Position numbers and translations under genes: made by a program
NCBI GenBank assembly: GCA_965652295.1
Contig: CBFGTS010000011.1
Span: 32,001 to 96,000, forward strand
Direction: 5' to 3'
Origin: an uncultured Haloferula sp.
Lineage (GTDB): Bacteria > Verrucomicrobiota > Verrucomicrobiia > Verrucomicrobiales > Akkermansiaceae
Length of the DNA: 64,000 nucleotides
Part shown: positions 47,707 to 56,384 of the stretch, piece after piece
How positions within the stretch are numbered: position 1 is the first letter of the stretch
How the letters are laid out: each line of letters starts with the position of its first letter
Notes under the pieces: model-generated
Told to the model about the DNA's origin: nothing
Seen by the model: the letters and a program-made list of their open reading frames with translations, nothing else
Databases searched by the model: none

Positions 47707-49137
47707 ATGTCGCGGATACGGATACCAGTTGCCGGTTTGGTCCTGTTGTTGAGTTCCTGCGGAGCTTCGCTGCGGATGGCGGGGCTGCGCGAAGCCGGAG
47801 AAGCGGCGAGCCATCCTATCAGCGGATATGGCGAGGTGGCGGGGACCATGGGCCGCGCTTATGTGACGGCTGCCTTCCGCTCGCCCGTCAACTACACGGT
47901 GACCGGTCTGGCGATGGCCCTTCGCCGACCCGCCGAGGTGGTCAGCGGCAACCTGCCGGCCGAGGCGCTTTTCGGCGACACGCCGCCGGCTGCGCCGGGC
48001 ACGCTGGAGTTCGAGAAATGGCTGACTGCGGAGGGAATGCCCGAGCCGGTGGAGGGAAAACTTGAGCTGCTGATCGATGGCGACGAGTTCTTTTCCGCTC
48101 TCGATCGCGAGATGGACAAGGCGCGGGAATCGATCGATATCCAGACCTTCATTTTCGACAACGACGACTTCGCGGTCGCCTTCGCGGAAGACCTGAAGCG
48201 GCGTGTGGACGAGGTGGAGATCCGGGTGATGTATGACGATCTGGGCACGGCGCTTTCCTCCACGGTGGCACCGGATACCCCGGCCCCCGAAGGATTCGCG
48301 GCACCCCCGACGATCGCCAGAGTGCTGAAACGAAGCCCGGGGAGGGTCGAGGTGCGCCGGACCCTCAACCCGTGGCTGGTGGCGGATCACACCAAACTCT
48401 ATCAGTTTGATGGAGGTGTCGCGTTTGTAGGCGGGATGAACATCGGCCGCGAGTATCGGTCCGAGTGGCACGACATGATGGTGCGGGTCACCGGGCCGGT
48501 GACGGAGGTCCTGGCCCACGACTTCCAAGCGCGGTGGCGTGCGTGCTGGTTCCCTGGACGGCTCCCGGGAGCGGCGAACATGAAAACCCCTCCGCCGCCG
48601 GCCCGCGACGAATTGTGCGGCGTGCGGGTGCTGAGGACGGATGTGGTCGAAAACCGTTTCGAAGTGCTGTCGTCAGCGGTGGCGGCGATCCGCGCGGCGA
48701 AGGAACGGGTGTGGATGGAAACCCCTTACTTTTCGAGCGATACGATCGAGCGCGAGCTGATCGCCGCGGCGCGGCGCGGTGTGGATGTGCGGGTGATCTT
48801 CCCCGGCACCTCGGACTCGGAGCTGATGAAGATGGCCAACGCCGCGTCCGCGGTGGATCTCAGCGCGGTGGGCGGACGGGTTTATCTGTACAAGGGCATG
48901 ACGCATCTGAAGGCGTTGCTCTGCGACGGCTGGGCGATGGTGGGATCGGCGAACTACGACACCCTTAGTATGGCGATCAACCGCGAGCTGAACGTCTCGA
49001 CCTGTGAGCCCGCGTTCGTGCGCGAGCTGGAGTGGCGCGTGTTCCGCCGGGATTTCCGCGACAGCGAAATGCTCGATACCTCGACGGTCAACGCGGTGCT
49101 TTCCCGGATCGCCGAAGCGGTGGCGGACCAGCTGTGA
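47707..49137 (+). CDS. Phospholipase D / cardiolipin synthase-like lipoprotein
   Basis: Two HxK-x4-D motifs (HTKLYQFD, HLKALLCD), GGMNIG, GSAN; lipobox LLSSC. Confidence 0.9.
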   Translation: MSRIRIPVAGLVLLLSSCGASLRMAGLREAGEAASHPISGYGEVAGTMGRAYVTAAFRSPVNYTVTGLAMALRRPAEVVSGNLPAEALFGDTPPAAPGTLEFEKWLTAEGMPEPVEGKLELLIDGDEFFSALDREMDKARESIDIQTFIFDNDDFAVAFAEDLKRRVDEVEIRVMYDDLGTALSSTVAPDTPAPEGFAAPPTIARVLKRSPGRVEVRRTLNPWLVADHTKLYQFDGGVAFVGGMNIGREYRSEWHDMMVRVTGPVTEVLAHDFQARWRACWFPGRLPGAANMKTPPPPARDELCGVRVLRTDVVENRFEVLSSAVAAIRAAKERVWMETPYFSSDTIERELIAAARRGVDVRVIFPGTSDSELMKMANAASAVDLSAVGGRVYLYKGMTHLKALLCDGWAMVGSANYDTLSMAINRELNVSTCEPAFVRELEWRVFRRDFRDSEMLDTSTVNAVLSRIAEAVADQL

Positions 49138-50208
49138 TCAGGCCAGCATTCTCTCCACCGCCCAGATGAGGCCGACGACCGCGATCGTCAGCGAGCCGCC
49201 CCGGCGGAGGTGGTCGAAATGGTGCTTTTTCCACCAGCCGAAGCAGGCCAGGGCGACCGCGAGCACCGCGACCTGACCGGCCTCGACGCCGAGGTTGAAG
49301 CCGACGATGCCGCTGAGGAGCACCTCCGGCCGACCCGGTGGGAGGAGCGGTGCCAGCATACCGGCGAAGCCGAGACCGTGGATCAAGCCGAAGACGGCGA
49401 TGGTGGTGTAGCGCACGGCCCCGAGGCGGCGTTTGCCGAAGTTCTCGATCGCGATCCAGGTGATGCTCAGCGCGATCAGCACTTCCACCGGCTTTGACGG
49501 CAGGTGCACCCATCCGAGCGCGGCGAAGATCAGGGTGGCGGAGTGGGCGAGGGTGAAGGTGAGGCTCTGCTTGAGCAGAGGCCGCCAGTTGGGCGAGAGG
49601 AGAAAAATGCCGAGGATGAACAGGATGTGGTCGAGTCCTTTCGGCACGATGTGGTCCCACCCGATCCGCACCCAGGTGACGAAGCCCGGGCTGCGCTCGA
49701 AGAGCGTTACGGTCTCGCCGCTGATGACCGGAAGGATGTCGTCTTGCGTGGAGAGGATGAGCACCACGCCGAAGGGCTCCTCCCATTTCAGCCGGATGGC
49801 GCCGGGAGGAAAGGGGACTTCCGCGCGCACTTCGATCATCGGCGGCATCTCCGCGAGGCCCTGCGAAACGAAGCGGGGTGGAGAGGATTCGAAGTCGGGA
49901 AAAGTCAGATCCAAAGAGGCCCGGCCGGCCTGGGTTTCGATCGCGATGCAGTCGTTCAGGTAGGCGGTGGCTTCGCGACGGATACGCGCCCATTCCTCAG
50001 GTTCTCGGGTTCTCAACCAGGCGAGGTCGAGCGGCGGCTCGTCTTCATCTCCCCGGAATTCGGGCAAGGCATAGGCCGCATCGAGATAAAAGCGAAAGAC
50101 AACGGAGTCATCGGTCCGCTCCACCTGCCCGCTCATTTCCGCGATCTGATGGGCGGAAGCGGCGAGGACGAGGCCGAGGCAGGAGAGGATTCGGAAAATG
50201 CACTTCAC
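49138..50208 (-). CDS. HupE/UreJ family membrane protein with a periplasmic N-terminal domain
   Basis: GWDHI..GLDHILF, FTLAHSATL, FGLIHGLGFA, FNLGVE.GQ. Confidence 0.87.
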   Translation of the reverse strand: MKCIFRILSCLGLVLAASAHQIAEMSGQVERTDDSVVFRFYLDAAYALPEFRGDEDEPPLDLAWLRTREPEEWARIRREATAYLNDCIAIETQAGRASLDLTFPDFESSPPRFVSQGLAEMPPMIEVRAEVPFPPGAIRLKWEEPFGVVLILSTQDDILPVISGETVTLFERSPGFVTWVRIGWDHIVPKGLDHILFILGIFLLSPNWRPLLKQSLTFTLAHSATLIFAALGWVHLPSKPVEVLIALSITWIAIENFGKRRLGAVRYTTIAVFGLIHGLGFAGMLAPLLPPGRPEVLLSGIVGFNLGVEAGQVAVLAVALACFGWWKKHHFDHLRRGGSLTIAVVGLIWAVERMLA

Positions 50209-50250
50209 CGGCGGCAGCGTAGCGGCCGGATTCGTGAGGTCGAGCGCGCC

Positions 50251-51000
50251 TCAGCGGCGATAATAACCGATCCTGAAGAAATCGGCCGGTCTGACCTGGG
50301 GACCTACGGACACGGAGCCGCGGGAGCCGATGGCGACCGCACGCGTGAGGATGGGATCGTTGTCCAGAGAGGACTGCCGCCACACCTCGAAGATCGATCC
50401 CGGACGGGCATCGGTCAGCGAAACGTCATCGTCCACTTGCAGCGTGAATTTTGGCGGCGAGGTGAAACTCCACGTTTCCCCCACCGGGCCGGGTGCGGAA
50501 AGGAAGACATACGTATGATACTGCCAGCGGTTCGGGGGAGCGTGACCGACGCCGATGACGACCTCCGAGCGGTAGAAGTCGGTTTTGCCAAAGACATGGT
50601 TCGCATGCGCAGGCGAGCTTCTCCACAGGCTCAAGGCATCGGCGGGTGTCCCGACGACGCTGCCGGCCATGCTCTCGATGTAGTTCTGGTTGGCGGGGAA
50701 GTGGGCCGGAAGCGGATAGCCCTCAGCGATCGCCCGCCCGTTGGCATTCACGCCGTCAGGGTTGGTATGGGAGAAAAACCGGCGTGCCTGCGTGTCGATC
50801 GCGTGCTTGCGGGCCGCATGGCAGAGCCGTGGATCGAGAATCACCTGGGCGCGCTGTTGTTGGGGATCGTTGCGGATCAGGAGGTAAAGTTCGCGCTCCT
50901 TCGCGGTAGGGGCGAAGGCCGCACCTGCGGGCGGGACCGCCGCCTGCGCGGTGCCGATCGCCAGAAGCAGGAACCCCAGATGATTAAGAAACCTCCTCAT
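50251..51000 (-). CDS. Secreted CAP/SCP domain protein
   Basis: AARKHA, FFSHTNPDG, WRSSPAH. Confidence 0.82.
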   Translation of the reverse strand: MRRFLNHLGFLLLAIGTAQAAVPPAGAAFAPTAKERELYLLIRNDPQQQRAQVILDPRLCHAARKHAIDTQARRFFSHTNPDGVNANGRAIAEGYPLPAHFPANQNYIESMAGSVVGTPADALSLWRSSPAHANHVFGKTDFYRSEVVIGVGHAPPNRWQYHTYVFLSAPGPVGETWSFTSPPKFTLQVDDDVSLTDARPGSIFEVWRQSSLDNDPILTRAVAIGSRGSVSVGPQVRPADFFRIGYYRR

Positions 51001-51085
51001 CTAAGGAAGCTAGCACTTCCGCCGGACTTCGCTACCGACGGATTCCGGGCTTTTCCCCTCCGGAGGGTGGTGGCATCAAGGGCCC

Positions 51086-52375
51086 ATGCCTGACGCACCG
51101 AAGCTTTTCCTGAGAAACGTGAGAATCGTGGACGAAGATCGCGGAGAGCCTTTTGAAGCGGATGTCTGCGTGGAAAACGGGCGCTACCAGGCGATCGGAC
51201 GCGGGGTTGAGGCCCCCGCCGGAGCCCGGGTGATCGAGGGGGGCGGGCGGTTGCTGATGCCGGCGATGTTCGACGCCCACGTCCACTTTCGCGAGCCGGG
51301 AGGCGAGGCCAAGGAAGACATCCGGAGCGGCAGCCAGGCGGCGATCAACGGCGGAGTGACCGGCGTGGTGATGATGCCGAACACCACGCCGTCGATCGAC
51401 TCCGGCGCGGTGGTCAAGATGGTCCTCGATAAGGCGGCCGCCGTTTCGCCGATCCGGGTGATGACCTCCGGCTGCGTGACGCTCGGCCGCCACGGCAAGG
51501 AACTCGCCGCCTTCGAGGCGATGCGGAACCTCGGCGTGACGATGCTCACCGACGACGGCGATACCACGGGCAACCCGGCGGTGCTCTACCGGGCGATGCT
51601 CTACGCGAAGGAGTTCGGCATGTTTTTCGCCAGTCACTGCGAAGTGCCCGAACTGGCCGGACCCCGCGCTCTGAACGATGGTGCGATGGCCTACCGCCTC
51701 GGCATCCAGGGCAGCCCGGCGTGTGCCGAGGAGATCATCATCGATCGCGACATCCGTCTGGCACACGCCACCGGCGCGCACATCCACATCCAGCACGTAT
51801 CCACGAAGCTCGGTATGGAGACGATTCGGTGGTGGAAGGAACGCGGCGATGTGAAGGTGACCGCCGAGGTCGCGCCGCACCACCTGATGTTCATCGATGA
51901 GGACATCGCCGACTTCGACACCCACTACAAGATGAACCCGCCGCTGCGCACGCGCGAGGACAACGAGGCCCTGCTCGCCGCGCTGAAGGACGGGGTTTTC
52001 GACCTCCTCGCGACCGACCACGCGCCGCACACGCCGTTCGAAAAGGCCCAGGATTTCACCGCCGCGCCGAACGGCATCACCGGTTTGGAAACGGCGGTCG
52101 TCTCGATGTTCGACCGCTTCATCGCCCGCGGCGAGCTGGGGTGGGACGTCCTGGTGAAACGCTACTCCGCCGAGCCACGGCGCATGATGGGCCTCGATGC
52201 CGTGCCGGTGAAAGAGGGCGGCGTGGCGGAGTTCCTGCTGTTCGACGAGCAGGCGGAAACGACCTTCTCGGCGGATTTCATGAAGTCCAAGGCCCGCAAC
52301 ACGCCCTTCCTCGACAAGACCCTCAAGGGCCGGATCGATCTGGTGGTGAGGGAAGGCGAGGTGCTGCTGGGTTGA
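51086..52375 (+). CDS. pyrC: Dihydroorotase
   Basis: DAHVHFREPG, MPNT, KMNPPLR, ATDHAPH. Confidence 0.93.
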   Translation: MPDAPKLFLRNVRIVDEDRGEPFEADVCVENGRYQAIGRGVEAPAGARVIEGGGRLLMPAMFDAHVHFREPGGEAKEDIRSGSQAAINGGVTGVVMMPNTTPSIDSGAVVKMVLDKAAAVSPIRVMTSGCVTLGRHGKELAAFEAMRNLGVTMLTDDGDTTGNPAVLYRAMLYAKEFGMFFASHCEVPELAGPRALNDGAMAYRLGIQGSPACAEEIIIDRDIRLAHATGAHIHIQHVSTKLGMETIRWWKERGDVKVTAEVAPHHLMFIDEDIADFDTHYKMNPPLRTREDNEALLAALKDGVFDLLATDHAPHTPFEKAQDFTAAPNGITGLETAVVSMFDRFIARGELGWDVLVKRYSAEPRRMMGLDAVPVKEGGVAEFLLFDEQAETTFSADFMKSKARNTPFLDKTLKGRIDLVVREGEVLLG

Positions 52376-52573
52376 ACGGGGCGGCAGAGCGGCTTCATGA
52401 CGCCAGCGCTGGGGACCTCTGATCTGACGGCGGCTGCAATGGCGGAGATCAAGGCGATGATGAGGCTGGAAACACAGATGCCAAATCAGTGGCGATAAGT
52501 GGGAGCTTGCTCCAGCGTGCGCAATGTTTTCGATGATAGATCTTTACGGGACGGTGAAACATCAGGTTTGCTG

Positions 52574-53182
52574 ATGGCGATGTTTTCACGATTCCTCATC
52601 ACGACGGGTATGGCGGGCTTGGCGGCAGCTGGCGCGCATGCGGCGACAACGGTGTACGATTTCGACGATCTGGCACTGGCAACCCACCAGAACAGCTTCA
52701 GTGAAGGAGGGTGGACCTTCGACACGGAGACATCGGGTTCCGGCCCGGTGAATCTGGCGGTGGAATCGGGAGTGGGTCGGCTCAGTAGCGGGCCGTCCGA
52801 CAAGATGGTGACCTTCGGCTTTCCGGCAGAGGCTGGCAGTCCGATCACCATGGTGCTGATCCGCCCGACGAACGATGAGCCGTTCAAGCTGGAGTCGCTC
52901 TGGGTCGGAGATGGTTTCGGCAATGCCAATCTGCGATTCGAGGCCTATCTTAACGGCAGTGCGGTAGGCGTGGCGGCGGTGGATGTGAACATCTTCAATA
53001 CCTCCACTCAGGTGACGTTCACCGGATGGGATCAGTTGGACGAGATCCGCGTCTCGAACTCGAGCGGCTCGCCGGACCTGAATTTCGAGATCGATGATCT
53101 CGCCGTGGCTCCTGTGCCAGAGCCGGGCCTTCCTCTGCTGGTGGCTGCGGGAGCGCTCCAGGTGTTCCGTCGTCGGCGTTGA
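52574..53182 (+). CDS. PEP-CTERM surface protein
   Basis: Signal peptide; C-terminal VPEP + hydrophobic stretch + RRRR. Confidence 0.88.
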   Translation: MAMFSRFLITTGMAGLAAAGAHAATTVYDFDDLALATHQNSFSEGGWTFDTETSGSGPVNLAVESGVGRLSSGPSDKMVTFGFPAEAGSPITMVLIRPTNDEPFKLESLWVGDGFGNANLRFEAYLNGSAVGVAAVDVNIFNTSTQVTFTGWDQLDEIRVSNSSGSPDLNFEIDDLAVAPVPEPGLPLLVAAGALQVFRRRR

Positions 53183-53436
53183 GGCGGCTAGGGGCCGCCC
53201 TTTTGGGAACGGAAGACATCTGCGTCCTTGGTTCGGGAAGGAGGTAGTTCAGGTGCGTTGCCCCTCCCGATCTGGTGCCATCGCCTTGTCACCGGCGGTT
53301 CCGACGGCTGGCCCGGCTGCACTGCCGATCCCGGACGACGTTCTCCCGTGCGGGTTCTTCGCCTCGTTCAGCAGGGCTCGAGCGTGCCATGGCCGGGCCG
53401 CGGCGCGGCGTCCGTGTCAGTCGGGAAGCCGGTAGG

Positions 53437-53497
53437 CGGCGAGCGGGAATTCAACTTGCAGGCGTATCGCCAGTTGCATCCCACTACTTGTTCGGCA
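53437..53497 (-). mobile_element. Truncated attC (R'' half) ending the HAD cassette
   Basis: Minus strand TGCCGAAC (53490-53497) is the exact complement of the cassette entry GTTCGGCA (54146-54153); inner GGCGA/TCGCC stem; distal arm not found. Confidence 0.6.
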
Positions 53498-54137
53498 CCT
53501 TGTTTAGGAGCGCGACTAAATCGCTGGGAGCCGCCGCACAAGCGTAGGCACTCGCCGCCTCCAATTCCTCCCGGGTCCCATAGCCCCACAACACTCCGAG
53601 ACCAGCCACACCATTTTGGTGCGCACCAAGCATGTCGTGCTCGCGATCTCCGATCATGACCACACGACTCGGGTCGATCTCTTCTCGCTTCAGGATGTGG
53701 GCAATCAGTAGCGTCTTATCGCTCCGCGTTCCGTCGAACTCGCTGCCATCGACCGTATGAAAATATCTCCTTAATCCAAAGTACTGTATGATCCGTTCCG
53801 CAAAGACGGTCGGCTTCGAAGTTGCTACGCTTAGCCTGTAACCGCAATTCTGTAGCTCATCCAATGTTCGCTCAATCCCGGGGTATACGTTATTCTCGAA
53901 AAGTCCCACCGAACCAAACCGCTCGCGATACCTTGCCAACGCTTCATCGGCGAGGTGTTCATACAGTGGCCCGAGAAGGGTGAGCAGACTGCTCTTGAGT
54001 GGAGGTCCGATACACCAGCGGAGGCTCTCGGCGGACGGCAGCGGCTGTCCGAGGCTGGTGAGGGCGTGCTGGATACACTTGGTGATGCCGGGGAAGGGAT
54101 CTGTGAGTGTCCCGTCGAGATCGAATAGTAGATGCAT
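53484..54137 (-). CDS. HAD-IA hydrolase (phosphoglycolate phosphatase-like), cassette 3
   Basis: LFDLDGTL, VATSKP, MIGDREHD; lower GC than flanks. Confidence 0.92.
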   Translation of the reverse strand: MHLLFDLDGTLTDPFPGITKCIQHALTSLGQPLPSAESLRWCIGPPLKSSLLTLLGPLYEHLADEALARYRERFGSVGLFENNVYPGIERTLDELQNCGYRLSVATSKPTVFAERIIQYFGLRRYFHTVDGSEFDGTRSDKTLLIAHILKREEIDPSRVVMIGDREHDMLGAHQNGVAGLGVLWGYGTREELEAASAYACAAAPSDLVALLNKVPNK

Positions 54138-54145
54138 GATTCTTT

Positions 54146-54231
54146 TGCCGAACGTCGAGTCCTCCGAGACTTGGCGTTGCATTTCACTTTTGAAGTGAAG
54201 CTTCTGATTTTGATTAGCGGCCATAGTTCTG
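54146..54231 (-). mobile_element. Degenerate attC-like junction between cassettes 2 and 3
   Basis: Ends ACTCGACGTTCGGCA, similar to the TTTGACGTTCTCC end of the intact attC; CAGAAC at the other end; arms pair poorly. Confidence 0.45.
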
Positions 54232-54471
54232 AACTGCCTCAGTCATCAGCGCATCCAGAACCTTCTTGTCGGCATGTGCGATGCCAGGCAAAGCTCGTGT
54301 GCCATTCGAAATCACGAACAAATTGCCGGACGGCTGCACAGAATAATTCTGGGAAAAGTCCCAACCATCGAAAGCTTCAGATACCTGAACTGCCTTGATA
54401 AAGCTCTTGGACAGCGATCTGACTGCCGATTGCTGTTCCGCGGTGAGTCGGTTCCATGTTCCCTCGTCCAT
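54214..54471 (-). CDS. Hypothetical protein, 85 aa (cassette 2, second ORF)
   Basis: ATG 8 nt after the upstream stop; same strand as the other cassette genes. Confidence 0.5.
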   Translation of the reverse strand: MDEGTWNRLTAEQQSAVRSLSKSFIKAVQVSEAFDGWDFSQNYSVQPSGNLFVISNGTRALPGIAHADKKVLDALMTEAVQNYGR

Positions 54472-54479
54472 AGTTCAAT

Positions 54480-54713
54480 TTATTCGTAAATCTTGGCCGC
54501 TTGTAATGCGTCAGCGAAAAGCTGCCAACTTGCAATCTCAGGATTGAGGCTTGAGCCTGTGTTCGTGTAATACCCATCGCAATCGCCGAGCCAACCGCTT
54601 AGTGATTTAAGAAACGACCCGAGACCGCAATTTTCCCACTTCGATGTGTCTTCGGTGGATAACTCCGCGATTAGAGCAATCAGCTCGTCTCGTGTGTTGA
54701 TCTGTCGCTGCAT
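54480..54713 (-). CDS. Small acidic immunity-like protein, 77 aa (cassette 2, first ORF)
   Basis: WEN..L..FL..L..W..D..GYY.N...SWQLFADALQAAKIYE pattern; ATG about 10 nt after the attC GTT. Confidence 0.7.
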   Translation of the reverse strand: MQRQINTRDELIALIAELSTEDTSKWENCGLGSFLKSLSGWLGDCDGYYTNTGSSLNPEIASWQLFADALQAAKIYE

Positions 54714-54719
54714 TTTCTT

Positions 54720-54844
54720 GGAGAACGTCAAAGGCCTGACACCCGCTACCGGGAGGCAGGCTTCGACTCAGGTTGAGGGTTATGGCTACCATCCAGCTTC
54801 GACTCGGAGGCGGTAGCGGGTTGTCCAGCGCCGTCTTGTTCGCT
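54720..54844 (-). mobile_element. Intact attC site (about 125 bp)
   Basis: Minus strand AGCGAAC...GTTCTCC ends; internal perfect stem ACCCGCTACCG/CGGTAGCGGGT plus a bulged outer stem. Confidence 0.8.
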
Positions 54845-55603
54845 GTTAGTTGCAGGGATGAAGCGGTCTCCATTGTAGGCATATTCTGCCCAGACATACC
54901 TCTCTCCCGGATCCATGAAATTCTCTCTTCCGGTGACTTTAACTGTATTTCCCTTCTGCGGAAGCTCATAGGTCAACCAGATTGACTTCTTTTGTGTGGG
55001 CTGGTTAAGGTGCGCCTTGTAGTGATTGCGGTAGCGGTCGAGGATGCGATCGACGGACAATTCGGGCAATATCGAGTCCGGAATCCGCATCAACGAACCT
55101 CCTTCGGCGAAAGCTCCACCACGATATTGCCAGAATTCGGGTCGATTCATGGATATCGACCAAAGGCCTAGGGGGCCATTCTCCTTGGCAACAAAGAGCC
55201 TCTGGGTGCCGGCTTGGTGGCTGACCGCGACAAGCGGGTTGTCTTCGTTCCCAAATATCCGGATTGTGACTGAAAAGGCTCCTGCGTCGCAGGAGGGTAT
55301 CGTGTATTCAGCATTTAGATATTTGTCGCTCAGGGTGGCACGATTGATAAACGTGATCCTGCGCTCGGTCTCATGTGCGATGTTCGTAAAATACCTGCCG
55401 GAAAGTAGCAGGTAATAGTCCAAGGCAACCTTGGGAGGATCAGATCGCTTGGCCAACAGCGCCTCTTCGTCATCCGTCAATGTGACAGGGAGCCACTTCC
55501 ATGAAGAGGTCTCGTGACCGGGGTTGTCGAATGTGACCTGGCGCTCTTCGGACCACGCCATGCCCTGTAGAAGTGCAATTAGGATGAATAGTGTAGTTTT
55601 CAT
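54746..55603 (-). CDS. Secreted hypothetical protein (cassette 1) that reads through its attC
   Basis: Signal peptide MKTTLFILIALLQGMAWS; last about 32 aa (SEQDGAGQPATASES...PQPESKPASR) are encoded by the attC. Confidence 0.8.
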   Translation of the reverse strand: MKTTLFILIALLQGMAWSEERQVTFDNPGHETSSWKWLPVTLTDDEEALLAKRSDPPKVALDYYLLLSGRYFTNIAHETERRITFINRATLSDKYLNAEYTIPSCDAGAFSVTIRIFGNEDNPLVAVSHQAGTQRLFVAKENGPLGLWSISMNRPEFWQYRGGAFAEGGSLMRIPDSILPELSVDRILDRYRNHYKAHLNQPTQKKSIWLTYELPQKGNTVKVTGRENFMDPGERYVWAEYAYNGDRFIPATNSEQDGAGQPATASESKLDGSHNPQPESKPASR

Positions 55604-55609
55604 TTTTTG

Positions 55610-55660
55610 AGCGAACAGTTTTTATTAGTAGGGTCGAGGATGGTTATATCCAGCGATCCT
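55610..55660 (-). mobile_element. attI-like site
   Basis: Minus strand CCCTACTAATAAAAACT-GTTCGCT; GTTCGCT complements the cassette-1 R'' AGCGAAC; no long palindrome upstream. Confidence 0.6.
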
Positions 55661-56166
55661 TTTTGAGGAGGGTGGCCTGGAATCCTTGATTTTACAAGGA
55701 TTTTTGCGGTCTGGGTGCGTATATCGGCCGAGGTAGAAGTGCGTTTCGAGGGGGCGGAGGGGGGTGGCGATATGGGCGGTCTTCCACCGGTGGTGGGTCG
55801 TGGGGGGCGGAGCCGGGCAATGGCTATCGTCGCAGCGCGACCCATCTCGGGATCGAGCGTGCTGGGAGATCCTTTTGAAGCCACTATCCCTCGCCACTTT
55901 TTCCTTTTTCCTCATCACTCGCGACTTCTGCCAGGCGCTCGCCCAACCCTTTCCCGGACTTGATCGCCCTGCTCCGTTGCCTCCGTCATCTCCGTTGCTC
56001 CGTGCCGGAGAGAAAAGCCCACTCGCGCAACTCCTGGCTAATCTGGCGGAGAGCCTTTCTTTCTTCATGCGCGGATCTCACGCGGATCTTGCGGGGTGAA
56101 TCGATGGGGTGGCGCGGGTGCACTGTGGGTGGAGAAGAGGGTCGTTCGGGTTTTGGAGGAAGGTGG

Positions 56167-56326
56167 AGAGGTGGCGGGCTGCTGGGGTGCACAGGCAAGA
56201 TGCCTGTGCTCCTTTTGGGCGCGTCTCGATTTCATCATTGGCGTTCCGTGGCTCCGAGACGGAGAAGCTCCTGCCAGAGGTGGCGGGCTGCTGGGGTTGT
56301 GGGACGGGGGCGTCCCACCTCCTACT
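56167..56326. repeat. Cluster of two REP-like units sharing a 22-bp leader
   Basis: AGAGGTGGCGGGCTGCTGGGGT at 56167 and 56276, followed by palindromes GCACAGGCAAGATGCCTGTGC and GTGGGACGGGGGCGTCCCAC; both end in CTCCT. Confidence 0.75.
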
Positions 56327-56384
56327 CTGGTGCTTTCCGGTTGCTTCACGGGAGCTCTGGGGTCATGAAGCCGTGCGCCCTACG

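Noticed and set aside
54138..54224. N-terminal extension of the HAD hydrolase (246-aa call)
   Set aside because: It crosses the cassette junction; HAD motif I follows the ATG at 54137 directly
55705..56166. Integron integrase or its remnant next to attI
   Set aside because: No tyrosine-recombinase motifs in the listed ORFs; a lone KSPL match is too weak
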